DNA of 64,000 nucleotides from Verrucomicrobiota bacterium (GTDB lineage: Bacteria; Verrucomicrobiota; Verrucomicrobiia; Chthoniobacterales; Chthoniobacteraceae). A program made the position numbers and the translations under genes. Positions 1 through 9,534 of this stretch are shown here, piece after piece. The stretch lies in contig JBANGE010000148.1 of the NCBI GenBank assembly GCA_037975615.1, positions 20,483 to 84,482 of the forward strand, read 5' to 3'. Position 1 is the first letter of the stretch; each line of letters starts with the position of its first letter. Below the pieces are notes generated by a model, which had not been told where the DNA came from, searched no databases, and was given only the letters and a program-made list of their open reading frames with translations.

Positions 1-882
1 TCGATTCGCGGGGTATGGAGCCTGCAAGGTCGCTGGCGGAGTTCCATTGTCGCCGATGAAAATCACCGTCGTCGTCGCGAGGTTCACTCCCGCAAGCAGA
101 CGCCCGATCTCGGTATCCATCGCCTCGATCGCTGCGTTGTAGTGGACCAGCGAGTTTCCGGTGACCGGGAGAGTCGCCCAGTTTGCCACAGTCGTGTCGT
201 AAGTGTGTAGATTGTCCGGCGGCTTGTGATAAGGCGTATGGGGCGCATTGAACGCTACCCACGTGAACCACGGTTTCCCCGCCGCAGTCTGAGTGCTGAT
301 GAAGGAAAGCGCATCGTTCACATTGTCCGTCGTGGCATACGTCGTTACGGTGCTGCTGCTCGCCGAGGCTCCGCTGCCCGTGACTTTCGTCCAATTCATG
401 TAGTCGTCGATCTCCCCAATCAGCGGACCGGAGAAAGAGGGCCATCCACCGATGAGGCACGGTGCGGTGTTCGCACCGCCGAGGTGCCATTTCCCGACGT
501 GCTTCAACTGGTAGTTCAGCCCGGCGTTCGCAGCGAAGGCGTCGGGGAGCGTGAACTCCGTTGCTTTCAGCCCATTGTTCGATGCCGGGCCACCCGCAAC
601 ATTCGCAGTGCCGGTACGGGAGCCGAATCGCCCCGTGAGAACCGACGAACGCGCGGGAGAACAGACCGTATAGCTGTACGCGTTGGTGAACTTCACCCCA
701 TTCGCAGCAAGCGACGCGATGTTCGGCGTCGGCGCGAGCTGGACTCCCGGTGCCGTGTTGTAAACGGCGCTGGCGTCGAGACCGAAGTCGTCCGCGATGA
801 TGAGCAGCACATTATTGCCGGCCACCGCGGAGCTCGCGAACAAAAGCAGGCACGCCAGCCGAAGAATCCGGTGGATGTGCAT
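1..882 (-). CDS. Sulfatase (arylsulfatase family), N-terminal part; C-terminus lies beyond the window edge
   Basis: Hand translation of the reverse strand from ATG at 882-880 gives MHIHRILRLACLLLFASSAVAGNNVLLIIADDFGLDAS...NAYSYTVCSPARSSVLTGRFG. This shows a signal peptide, the NVLLIIADD metal-site motif and the CxPxR formylglycine signature (CSPAR, nt ~649-663). The frame stays open to nt 1. It is not in the ORF track because it has no stop in the window. Confidence 0.8.
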   Translation of the reverse strand, partial: MHIHRILRLACLLLFASSAVAGNNVLLIIADDFGLDASAVYNTAPGVQLAPTPNIASLAANGVKFTNAYSYTVCSPARSSVLTGRFGSRTGTANVAGGPASNNGLKATEFTLPDAFAANAGLNYQLKHVGKWHLGGANTAPCLIGGWPSFSGPLIGEIDDYMNWTKVTGSGASASSSTVTTYATTDNVNDALSFISTQTAAGKPWFTWVAFNAPHTPYHKPPDNLHTYDTTVANWATLPVTGNSLVHYNAAIEAMDTEIGRLLAGVNLATTTVIFIGDNGTPPATLQAPYPANR

Positions 883-890
883 CGTAACTC

Positions 891-3800
891 CTATTGCGTG
901 ATTACGGGAATCGTCACGCGGTAGAATCCGCGGGGCTGGGCGAGGCGCGCGGCGTCTGTTTCTGTAAAGGTCGCAGTGCTGCCGTCGCTGGTGACGCTGC
1001 CGATGTCGGTCCACGTGCCGGTGGTGAGGTCGCTCAGATACTGGAGCGTGTAGGTCGTGCCGGGAGTCGCGCGGAAGTCGAGTTGGATAAGACTGTTGTC
1101 GCCGGTGCGCATGAAGCTGGAGATGGCGAGCGCTTCGGTGGCGTTGTTCTTCACCACGAACTGGCCCATGAGGCCTTCGTCTTCGTGGTTTGAGAAATGG
1201 CAGTGATACATGAAGGGATTGGTCTCGCTGGCGAATCCATCGAACTTCGCGATGAAGCTCACGGTCTGGTTCTGACCGATGAAGAGCGTGTCCTTCCAGC
1301 CGTCTTCAAACGCTTTCACGCCGGCGTTGTTGCCGCCGGTGCGGGAGATGATTTTGAACTGGATGTCGTGGATGTGGAACGAGTGGCTGAAGGCGGAAGT
1401 GTTGGTGATGTTCCAGCGCTCGACTGCGTTGAGGTTGAGGTTCTGGTTAATCACGTTCGACGAATACACGAGGTTGTCGAAGCTGAACGGGAGACCGCTG
1501 CCGGGGAAACCGTTGGTGATGGTGACGGTGCGGGTGTTCGTCACGTCGGTGAGGCCGTAGAATGTGTTCGTCGTGAGCGTGGCAGGACGCGTGTTGACGG
1601 GATTTGCGGTGGGGTTGCCCACGTTGATGCGCAGGATGTTGAACGTGGTGTTGTTGAGCAAACTGCCAAACTGACCGGTGGTGGCTGGTTCGCCGCCGGG
1701 GAAGTCGTTTGCCTGTCCGCTGTTGAACGCCTGCAAGTCGAACGATGAGCCGACTGTCGCGCCGGTGAGATCGACCAGGATTTCCGCGCGCTCGCCGACT
1801 GCGAGAACGAGGCGGGTCAAGGCGATGGGCGCATTCACGAGGCCGCCGTCGGTGGCGATCTGGTAAAAGGTGCGGCCGTCGCTGAAGCCGAGGTTGTAAC
1901 TGCGCTCGATCTCGGCGTTGAGGATGCGGAGGCGGACGTACTGCTTCGGCAGCGTGATCTGCGGACTGAGCGTTCCGTTTACGAGCATGTAGTCGCCGTA
2001 TGCACTCTGTGTGACGCCTGCGAGTCCCGTGACAAACTGGTTCGCAGCCCAGCGGCGGCTGGTGAGCGCGAGCGGGATGTCATCGACGCCGTAAGTGCGC
2101 GGAAGATTGAGCGCGGACTCGATGGGATCGCGGATGATGATCATACCGCCACCGCCTTTCGTGAGCTGGTCCTGCGTGTGTTCGTGGAGGTGCGGATGGT
2201 ACCAGTAAGTGCCGGCGTTGTTATCCACTTTGAATTGCGGACGCCACGTGGTGCCGGCGGGGATTATCTGGTGCGGGCCGCCATCCATGATCGCGGGGAT
2301 GTGGAAGCCGTGCCAGTGCGTGGTGGTGGATTCGGCGAGATTGTTGGTGACGTTGAGTTGCACCCAGTCGCCTTTGTTCATGATGAGCGTGGGGCCCCAC
2401 ATGAGCATGTTGTTGTAGCTGATGGTCGTGGTGTCGGCGGTGTTTTGAAATGCCGTATTGCCGAAGCGCTTCGCGGAATTGTGGAGGTTTAAATTGAACG
2501 TCGTTCCGGTCATCAGTTCGGGAATAATGAGCGGATTGTAGGTCTGCGTGGCGGTGAGGGTGACATTCACCGGTGCTGTGGTCGTGACGTTTCCAGCGGC
2601 ATCGTAGGCGACAGCAGTGATGCCATTCGTGCCGTAGCCGAGCGGGATGGAGACGCTCCACGTCGCAAAGTTGTTCGAGGTCGTGGCGTTGACGCCGTTG
2701 ACCGTGACGTTGCTCACGCCGGAAAGCGCATCCGAGCTCGTTCCGCTGACAGTGAGCGTGGCTGTCGCCGTGGAAAACGCCGACGCGGGCGACGTTATCG
2801 CCACAAGCGGAGCGACGCTGTCCTGCGTGGACGAGACGACGTTACTCGCCGCCGAGGAGCCGATGGCATTCGTCGCGACGACGCGGTAGTAATAGGTCAC
2901 GCCGCTCGCGAGATTCGTAAACGTCGCGCCCGGGCTGGTGACGGTCTGCGACACGACGCTCGTGGTGAATGCGGCATCGGTCGCGATTTGAATCGTGTAG
3001 CTCGTCGCACCGCTAACTGCCGGCCAGGAAATGCTCTTGCTTGCGCCCTGGCTGAACAGCGGCAGCGCCGTGAGGACAGGTGCGGAAGGCGCGGTGTTCG
3101 AGCCGACCGCGAGACTCACGGAACGCGTTGTATTTCCGGTGCCGTTGGTCGTATTCGTGAACGTAATCGTGTCGCTGTAGCTGCCGACTGCGAGCGAATT
3201 TGCGGAGGTATTGATGCTCGCGGTGACTGTGGTGTTTGCACCCGCTGCAAGTGTGCCACCCGTGCTCGAGAGCGTGACCCATGCGACGGTCTTCGCAGCG
3301 GTCCAGTTCATCGAGGCATTGCCGGTATTCGAGATCGTGTAAACCGCGCTCGATGGTGTGAACGGCCCGCCAATTGTGCCCGTCGATGTGAGTCCAGTCG
3401 CAGGTGTAACCGCAAGCACCGGTGCCGCCGCGACGACAGTGTATGAGTTATTCGCAATCGTCGTGGTGACCGATGCGCTGTCGGTCGCGGCGATGGTGTA
3501 ATTGACCGTCGCGCCCGTAGCCTGCGCCGGAATCGCGCTGTATCCGTAAACGCCGTCGCCCGCAGCGCCGTCGCCATTGAGGCCGTTGTCGAGCATGTTC
3601 ACCGTCACCGGCGAACTGCCGCCACCAACGACCACCGAGATGTCGTCGAGATACACCTTCGGGACATTCGACATTCCCGGCCCGGCAAAGCGGAAGCGCA
3701 GCTTCAATGTGCTCACGCGTTCCGCGGCGGAAAGAGTGTAGGTGTATTGCTGATACGCGTGATTCGAGCCCGTAAGTTCGCTCAGCCGCGTGGTGTATGT

Positions 3801-6422
3801 CGTGCCGTCGGTGGAAGTCTGGAAGTCCCATCCCTGCGTGCCAGTAAGGCCCGACGATGCAACCCAGAAGCTCACCGTGCCCGATGTGCCGGTGGCGTTG
3901 ATGTTGTTCGTCGTCGTCATCGTGCTGTTCGCGATCTGCGGAGCATTTGCAGTGATTTCCATTCCGAACTGATTCCCCTGTCCGCTCGGTGTGTGATTCG
4001 ACGCCGCGGATTGCGCGAAAGGCGACTGCGGCGGTCCGGCAAATGTGATCGTCCACGGATGCACCGTGCCAGCGCCCGTCCAGGCCGTCGCCGCTACGGT
4101 GCCCATGGTTTCGTTAAAGACCGTGGTTGATGCTGTCCCGGCGTTATACGTGAGCTGTGCGCTCGAGATCGTGCGCCCGGCAGACGGTGTGATGTTCGCT
4201 TTGATGACCACTGTGTCCGCGCTCGTCGGAGAAGCAGGCGTCGCGGTGATGTTCGTAATCGTCGGCGCTGTCGGAACGACGGTCAAAGTAAACGTCGTGC
4301 CGGCTGTCGCAGCACCATCATTTGCCGTGATGGTGATCGCGGCGCTGCCGGTCTGCCCGGCAGCCGGGGTGATTGTCACCGTGCGGTTCGCGCCGCTGCC
4401 ACCGAAAACGATGTTCGCATTCGGAACGAGTGTCGTGTTTGCCGAGGATCCGCTGAGAGTCAGGCTCGCAGCGCCTGTGTCCACATCTGCTACAGTAAAA
4501 GGAATCGCAGAAGTCGCCGTGTTTTGGTTCGTGCTCTGGTTCGCAATCGACGAAATCGTCGGGGCCGTATTCGTCCCGGTGACAGTCAGTGTGAATGTGG
4601 TGTTCGTCGTTGTCTGCCCATCGTTCATGCCGACAGTGATTGTCGCGGAGCCCGTCTGGCTCTGCGCGGGAGTCACTGTCACCGTGCGACTCGCGCCGCT
4701 GCCGCCGAAGATGATATTCGCGTTCGGAACGAGCGTCGTGTTCGACGAAGAACCAATCATCGTCAGGCTCGCAACTGCCGTTTCCGCATCGCCCACCGTC
4801 ACCGCCAGCGCGCTGGTCGCTGTGTTCATCGCCACCGATTGCGCGGAAATTCCCGTGATGGTCGGCGGCGTATTCGGCGTGAGCGAATAGCTCGCGATGG
4901 TGCTCTGAGCGACGGTCGCCGCGGTCTGACCATTCGTGTCGTAGGTCGCAAGCGCCGTGCGGTTCACCCGGGCGTATTCCGTTCCACTCGAGCCGAGGGC
5001 CGTGTAGCTGGTGCTCCGGGAAATATCCGTCGCAACAAGACCGGTCGCCTTGCTCGTCCAAGTCGCCTGCGTCGGCGAAGCATCCACGCTGTACGTGCCG
5101 CCCTCCACCGCGCTCCATGTCACCGTAACGGTGTTGCCGGAGACGGTCGGCGTCGTCGGAATCGCGAGCGCCTTGTTTGCTCCGCCGATGAAATGCTGCG
5201 TGAGCGGCGTGTCCGCATTCATCACCGCCGCCGACGAGGCGCCGCCCGATGGCGTGCCATAATAAGCGCGGCCCGTGGTGTAAGGATACTGCGGCGTGCC
5301 ATCCGCATTGATTGGCGTGAAGTAAGCCCACGTGCCTGCGGGATACTCCGGTGTCACGCAGAAGCGGACATTTTGCTCGTTCAGATCGAAATCACGAATC
5401 GTCGCGCCGGTTGTCTGCGTCTGTCCGAGGTCGCCGCGGTAGTCGAAGTCCTCGATGTAGTGCCCGAGCAGATACGTCGCGTTCACTGCCGGACCGTATT
5501 GGTTCGCGGCAAGCGTCGTGCGGTTTTGCACGCGCTGCGCCCAGAGCGGGAGAACCTGCCGGACCGTGATCGCCGTCGTTCCGTTCGTTCCATCGCGGAG
5601 CGTAAAGCCCGAGACCATCCGGCGGATTCCGCTGCTTGGGTTGGTCGGATCGCTGTAGCCGTAAGGTCCGTAAACCGGCAGACCATCCGCCGCCCAAGCC
5701 ACGATTGGCGAGTGCGCGGTCGGTGTCGCTGCGCTTTCGGTGTAGCGATTTGTCGTCGGATTATAATCGACGTGGTCACCGAGTTGATAACGCAGGCCGA
5801 TGGGATGCGCGTGATAGTGGTAGTTGTTTCCCGCCTGGTGCGCGAGCGCCGGGTCGAAAGTGACACCCTCGTTGTGGTATCCGTCGCGATTCCAAATGCC
5901 GTCGCCCGTCAACCCATTCGTCGGCGTAGCATCCTGCGCGCTCGCATTTACGTAAGAGAAAGCGTCGCGACTATCGAACATGGACACGCCATTTACCATC
6001 CGCCCGGTCGCTCCGAGCCCCGTGAGCGTTTTCGTGGCGGGAATCACCGGCGAACGAGGAATGCGGTAAACGACAGCCGTATTCGACGGAAAATTCGGGA
6101 AGTTCTGCGTCTTCGCCGCATCGAGGTACCACGGCCCCATGATGTGCGATGCGAGACCCGATGTCCGGATGTAGATCCAGTTCGCGGAGTAATTGATCTC
6201 GTTAACGTCCGCATAAACGGGATTCGTCTGAGTGCCGGACCCACGACTCCACGTTGTCGAAGTCGTCCCAGCGGTTTCGTTCGCCGTGCTCTGATAGATT
6301 CGCGCATACTTCCCGGAGTTCGTAGTGAACCAGGAGGTGAGTTGCGGATCGGCGTGAACGGATGCGGTTGACAGCGCGAGCAGGACGGCTGCAGAACGGG
6401 CAAAACGAGTGGTGAGAGTCAT
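891..6422 (-). CDS. Giant secreted mosaic protein: YHYH domain + cadherin/Ig-like repeats + FN3 + C-terminal three-cupredoxin multicopper oxidase
   Basis: ORF 891..6476. I moved the start to M19 (cat at 6420-6422), which begins a signal-like MTLTTRFARSAAVLLALSTASVHA. Motifs seen: NNYHYHAHP (YHYH, nt ~5814-5825); two ~101-aa tandem modules; an FN3-like SYTIQIA...VTYYYRVVATN; copper ligand motifs HWHGFHIP (nt ~2297-2320) and HCHFSNHEDEGLMGQF (nt ~1152-1215); and an ~85-aa tail ending PRGFYRVTIPVITQ. Confidence 0.85.
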   Translation of the reverse strand: MTLTTRFARSAAVLLALSTASVHADPQLTSWFTTNSGKYARIYQSTANETAGTTSTTWSRGSGTQTNPVYADVNEINYSANWIYIRTSGLASHIMGPWYLDAAKTQNFPNFPSNTAVVYRIPRSPVIPATKTLTGLGATGRMVNGVSMFDSRDAFSYVNASAQDATPTNGLTGDGIWNRDGYHNEGVTFDPALAHQAGNNYHYHAHPIGLRYQLGDHVDYNPTTNRYTESAATPTAHSPIVAWAADGLPVYGPYGYSDPTNPSSGIRRMVSGFTLRDGTNGTTAITVRQVLPLWAQRVQNRTTLAANQYGPAVNATYLLGHYIEDFDYRGDLGQTQTTGATIRDFDLNEQNVRFCVTPEYPAGTWAYFTPINADGTPQYPYTTGRAYYGTPSGGASSAAVMNADTPLTQHFIGGANKALAIPTTPTVSGNTVTVTWSAVEGGTYSVDASPTQATWTSKATGLVATDISRSTSYTALGSSGTEYARVNRTALATYDTNGQTAATVAQSTIASYSLTPNTPPTITGISAQSVAMNTATSALAVTVGDAETAVASLTMIGSSSNTTLVPNANIIFGGSGASRTVTVTPAQSQTGSATITVGMNDGQTTTNTTFTLTVTGTNTAPTISSIANQSTNQNTATSAIPFTVADVDTGAASLTLSGSSANTTLVPNANIVFGGSGANRTVTITPAAGQTGSAAITITANDGAATAGTTFTLTVVPTAPTITNITATPASPTSADTVVIKANITPSAGRTISSAQLTYNAGTASTTVFNETMGTVAATAWTGAGTVHPWTITFAGPPQSPFAQSAASNHTPSGQGNQFGMEITANAPQIANSTMTTTNNINATGTSGTVSFWVASSGLTGTQGWDFQTSTDGTTYTTRLSELTGSNHAYQQYTYTLSAAERVSTLKLRFRFAGPGMSNVPKVYLDDISVVVGGGSSPVTVNMLDNGLNGDGAAGDGVYGYSAIPAQATGATVNYTIAATDSASVTTTIANNSYTVVAAAPVLAVTPATGLTSTGTIGGPFTPSSAVYTISNTGNASMNWTAAKTVAWVTLSSTGGTLAAGANTTVTASINTSANSLAVGSYSDTITFTNTTNGTGNTTRSVSLAVGSNTAPSAPVLTALPLFSQGASKSISWPAVSGATSYTIQIATDAAFTTSVVSQTVTSPGATFTNLASGVTYYYRVVATNAIGSSAASNVVSSTQDSVAPLVAITSPASAFSTATATLTVSGTSSDALSGVSNVTVNGVNATTSNNFATWSVSIPLGYGTNGITAVAYDAAGNVTTTAPVNVTLTATQTYNPLIIPELMTGTTFNLNLHNSAKRFGNTAFQNTADTTTISYNNMLMWGPTLIMNKGDWVQLNVTNNLAESTTTHWHGFHIPAIMDGGPHQIIPAGTTWRPQFKVDNNAGTYWYHPHLHEHTQDQLTKGGGGMIIIRDPIESALNLPRTYGVDDIPLALTSRRWAANQFVTGLAGVTQSAYGDYMLVNGTLSPQITLPKQYVRLRILNAEIERSYNLGFSDGRTFYQIATDGGLVNAPIALTRLVLAVGERAEILVDLTGATVGSSFDLQAFNSGQANDFPGGEPATTGQFGSLLNNTTFNILRINVGNPTANPVNTRPATLTTNTFYGLTDVTNTRTVTITNGFPGSGLPFSFDNLVYSSNVINQNLNLNAVERWNITNTSAFSHSFHIHDIQFKIISRTGGNNAGVKAFEDGWKDTLFIGQNQTVSFIAKFDGFASETNPFMYHCHFSNHEDEGLMGQFVVKNNATEALAISSFMRTGDNSLIQLDFRATPGTTYTLQYLSDLTTGTWTDIGSVTSDGSTATFTETDAARLAQPRGFYRVTIPVITQ
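4290..4895 (-). repeat. Two in-frame ~303-nt tandem repeats encoding cadherin/Ig-like modules inside the multicopper-oxidase fusion
   Basis: Near-identical nucleotide stretches, e.g. gtcaccgtgcggttcgcgccgctgccaccgaaaacgatgttcgcattcggaacgag (~4375) versus gtcaccgtgcgactcgcgccgctgccgccgaagatgatattcgcgttcggaacgag (~4678). Protein repeats: ...SLTMIGSSSNTTLVPNANIIFGGSGASRTVTVTP... and ...SLTLSGSSANTTLVPNANIVFGGSGANRTVTITP... Confidence 0.7.
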
Positions 6423-6545
6423 GTGGATAATTCCGGTGGTTGAATCGGAAGGTTGCACATCATTGTTAAGGCGCAATGAGACGGGGAGACTTTGATTGTA
6501 AAGACCGAGTAAAAACCGCGGAACCCAAACTGCGGGAGCAAATCC

Positions 6546-7709
6546 CTACGCCACCTCGCCCGCCGCGTGTCCGCTGGCCCAGGCCCACTGGAAATTGTAG
6601 CCACCCAGCCAGCCGGTCACGTCGACGACCTCGCCGATGAAATAAAGCCCGGGCACCGTGCGCGATTCCATGGTCTTCGATGAAAGCCCGGCCGTATCCA
6701 CGCCGCCGAGCGTCACCTCGGCCTTCGGATAACCCTCCGTCCCGGCAGCCGGAAACGGCCACGCGCGGAGCAGCGCCACCGTGCGCTCAAACTCCTGCTT
6801 CGTGTAGTGCACGAGCGGCTTTTTCGGCGCGTGCGCCGCGCACCATGCATCCACAAACCGCCGGGGCATCCACTCCGCCAGCAGACCGGGAAGCTCACGG
6901 CCCGTCGTGCGCGCAGCAAGCAGCGCGCGCTCGCAGGCGGGGTCGGTGAGAAAGTCCACCAGCACCGTCTCACCCTCGCGCCAGTAGCTGGAAATCTGCA
7001 GAGTTGCCGGGCCGCTGATGCCCCGATGGGTAAACAGCAACGCCTCTTCAAAAGCCACGCCGCCGCAGCGCGCCACCACCGGCAGCGACAGTCCGCTCAG
7101 CTCATGCAGCGCCTGCATCGAAGCCGGAAACGTAAGCGGAACGAGAGCGGGACGCAGCGGTGTAACGCGATGACCGAACTGCTTCGCGATACGATGCCCC
7201 AAATCGGTCGCCCCAAGCTTCGGGAAGGAAAGGCCGCCGGTGGCCACGACCAGCGATTGCGCGCGCACCTCGCCGGCTGACGTCTGAATCACAAAACGAT
7301 CCGTCTTTTCGACGCCGGAAACCCGCGCATTGCAAAGAATCTCCACTCCCGCCTCGCGACACTCCGCGACCAGCATCTCGATGATTTCCCGCGAACTCCC
7401 GTCGCAAAACTGCTGCCCGAGCTTTTTCTCGTGGTAGGCGATTCCATACTGCTCGACGAGCGCGATGAAATGCCGCGGCGTGTAGCGTGCGAGCGCCGAT
7501 TTGCAGAAGTCCGGACGCTCCGAAAGGTAGTTCGCCGCAGTCGCACCGAGATTGGTAAAATTGCATCGGCCGCCGCCGCTGATTGCGATCTTCTTTCCAA
7601 CACGATCGTTGTGCTCCAGCACGACGACCCTGCGTCCGCGGAAGCCCGCCGTCGCAGCACACATCAACCCGGCGCCGCCAGCGCCAATCACGGCCACGTC
7701 AACTTCCAT
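6546..7709 (-). CDS. NAD(P)/FAD-dependent oxidoreductase, BaiN/YhiN (HI0933-like) family
   Basis: N-terminus MEVDVAVIGAGGAGLMCAA...VLEHNDRVGKKIAISGGGRCNFTN shows a Rossmann GxGxxG followed by the family-typical GGGRCN motif. Length is 387 aa. Confidence 0.85.
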   Translation of the reverse strand: MEVDVAVIGAGGAGLMCAATAGFRGRRVVVLEHNDRVGKKIAISGGGRCNFTNLGATAANYLSERPDFCKSALARYTPRHFIALVEQYGIAYHEKKLGQQFCDGSSREIIEMLVAECREAGVEILCNARVSGVEKTDRFVIQTSAGEVRAQSLVVATGGLSFPKLGATDLGHRIAKQFGHRVTPLRPALVPLTFPASMQALHELSGLSLPVVARCGGVAFEEALLFTHRGISGPATLQISSYWREGETVLVDFLTDPACERALLAARTTGRELPGLLAEWMPRRFVDAWCAAHAPKKPLVHYTKQEFERTVALLRAWPFPAAGTEGYPKAEVTLGGVDTAGLSSKTMESRTVPGLYFIGEVVDVTGWLGGYNFQWAWASGHAAGEVA

Positions 7710-8157
7710 GCGTCAGCAAAATCTCCGGCAGCGCATCGGGACGCCACGGATTCTCGGCAAAGTTCCCCCGCTCCACCGCGCCGAGCCATTCCCCGGCGAA
7801 CGCGCAAACCGCGGCGACGTCCAGAGCCATGTGCCTCGGACGGTATGGCGATAGATTCGCCAACGCCAGCGCCAGCAGCCGCGCCGCAGGACGAAGCCGT
7901 CGACCATCCTTTGCGTGCCACGGACGGAGGTGCTGCTTTTGCAAATGCACAAAGGCACCGGCAAGCTGGATGAGGCCCTTGAAAAAGAGGTGATTTTCGT
8001 CCCGCGTCCGGAGCCACAAATGCTCAAGAACATCATGGGCCTCGTAATACATGCCCTCATTGAAACAGCGAAACCACCCCGTGTAACACGGGTCGTGCTC
8101 CGCTCCATCGCCGGCAAGACCCGACACGAGAGCTCCTATGCGTTCGCTTTTTTTCAT
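7699..8157 (-). CDS. DUF309-family protein
   Basis: Core sequence FNEGMYYEAHDVLEHLWL...LFFKGLIQLAGAFVHLQK matches the DUF309 helical pattern (YxEAHExLEflW ... GLIqlA). Start chosen at MKKSERIG (cat 8155-8157) rather than the upstream extension to 8238. The 3' end overlaps the start of the BaiN-like gene by 11 nt. Confidence 0.65.
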   Translation of the reverse strand: MKKSERIGALVSGLAGDGAEHDPCYTGWFRCFNEGMYYEAHDVLEHLWLRTRDENHLFFKGLIQLAGAFVHLQKQHLRPWHAKDGRRLRPAARLLALALANLSPYRPRHMALDVAAVCAFAGEWLGAVERGNFAENPWRPDALPEILLTHGS

Positions 8158-8286
8158 CGCCGGAAATCCGGATGCGACTATCCTCCCCCGCGAAGTGCAA
8201 GACAAGCGCGGCCTCGGGCCATCTAAGAACACAATCATTAAACCCGTCGGGCGTCACCATCATGGCGCGGGGTTTCCTCCGCTGCG

Positions 8287-9534
8287 ATGACTCCGGAGAC
8301 CTTGCTACTCACCGTCCTTGTCGTTCTTGCCGTTGCTTCGGCATTTATCTCCGCCGTGGAGACGGCGCTTTTTGCAATCACTCCGCCGCAACTTGAGGCG
8401 CTGAAGGAAGGCGGCAGCCGTTTTGGCTCTAGACTCGCAGCCATGCTCGAAAACCCGCGCCGCCTGCTGAGCAGCATCCTGCTTGCAGATGCAGTGGTGA
8501 ATGCACCGTTGCTGGTCGGCGCGCTCGCGCTCATCGAATCACAGAGCCACTTCGATCTGCCGTCGTGGGCGCTCGCCCTTCTTCTTCTCGCGTTGATTGT
8601 CTTCGTCTGCGACCTGCTGCCAAAGCTGCTCGCCCTTTCGGTCCCGGTCCGCGTCGCGCGACTCGGCGTCCCGGTGTTTTCCACGCTCACGCCGGTGCTC
8701 GATCCCCTCGCCCGGCAGCTTCAGAACCTCGCGGAACGCGTAGCGGAAACGGTTTTGCCCGCGGCTTTGAAAAAGCAGCGTCATATTTCCGAGGAGGAAA
8801 TCGACACGCTCGTCGAGCTCAGCTCCGAACAGGGCGCACTGCATGAGACGGAAAGCGAGATGATTTCCGAAATCATCAAGCTCGGCGACAAAACCGCGCA
8901 CGATTGCATGACTCCGCGCGTGGATATGTTCGCGCTCCCGGACGACCTCACGAACGACGAAGCCATCGCCGCGCTGCGCAAACAACGCTTTCATCGCGCT
9001 CCCGTCTATGGCGAGACTCCGGACGACATCGAGGGCGTTCTGGATGTCGCGGCTTTTCTGCGCGACCCGTCCGTGCCCTACACCGAGCGCCTCGATGTGC
9101 CGTCGTTCATCCCGGACACGATGAAGGCCATCACGCTGCTGAACAACTTCCTCAGACATCCGCAAAATGCCGCCATCGTCGTGGACGAGCACGGCGGCGT
9201 GGAGGGAATCATCACGATGTCCGACCTCGTCGAGGAGATCATCAGCGATGCCGTTCCCAACTCGGATGCGAAGCTTTACCTCGACTGCATCGGCGACGGT
9301 ATCTTGATCGCGAACGGTAATGCGAGACTTGAGGACATCACCGAGGAGCTCGGCGTCGAATTCGCGGAGGAGGGCGTGGATACGATCGGCGGGCTCATCT
9401 TCCACCACCTCGGTCAGCTCCCGCGACAGGGCGAAGAAATCTCGCTCGCGGGAATCAAGGTGACCATTCGCAAAGTCTCTCGGAAGCGCATCGAGGAGCT
9501 TCAAATCTCCGCGAGCAAGGAGGTGGCGGAATGA
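8287..9534 (+). CDS. CNNM/DUF21 transmembrane - CBS pair - CorC/HlyC C-terminal domain protein (hemolysin/TlyC-CorC family)
   Basis: 415 aa. N-terminal DUF21-like TM region (FISAVETALFAI, LLSSILLADAVVN), a CBS region (AHDCMTPRVDMFAL...HRAPVY) and a CorC_HlyC-like tail (IGGLIFHHLGQLPRQGEEISLAGIKVTI). Confidence 0.85.
   Translation: MTPETLLLTVLVVLAVASAFISAVETALFAITPPQLEALKEGGSRFGSRLAAMLENPRRLLSSILLADAVVNAPLLVGALALIESQSHFDLPSWALALLLLALIVFVCDLLPKLLALSVPVRVARLGVPVFSTLTPVLDPLARQLQNLAERVAETVLPAALKKQRHISEEEIDTLVELSSEQGALHETESEMISEIIKLGDKTAHDCMTPRVDMFALPDDLTNDEAIAALRKQRFHRAPVYGETPDDIEGVLDVAAFLRDPSVPYTERLDVPSFIPDTMKAITLLNNFLRHPQNAAIVVDEHGGVEGIITMSDLVEEIISDAVPNSDAKLYLDCIGDGILIANGNARLEDITEELGVEFAEEGVDTIGGLIFHHLGQLPRQGEEISLAGIKVTIRKVSRKRIEELQISASKEVAE

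Noticed and set aside
226-924. 232-aa plus-strand ORF at the window start
   Set aside because: It is extremely Arg-rich and lies antisense to a well-supported sulfatase frame (CSPAR signature) on the minus strand. This is a typical high-GC shadow ORF.
4524-6371. 615-aa plus-strand ORF. Similar long antisense ORFs occur at 10062..11555(-), 12506..13894(+), 22788..24506(+), 25317..28001(+), 31128..32348(+), 37950..39896(+), 40622..41980(+), 52956..54713(+), 56021..57298(+) and 57704..58648(+).
   Set aside because: All are R/A/G/P-rich with no recognisable motifs. Each lies opposite a gene with strong family signatures, so I treat them as GC-driven open frames rather than genes.
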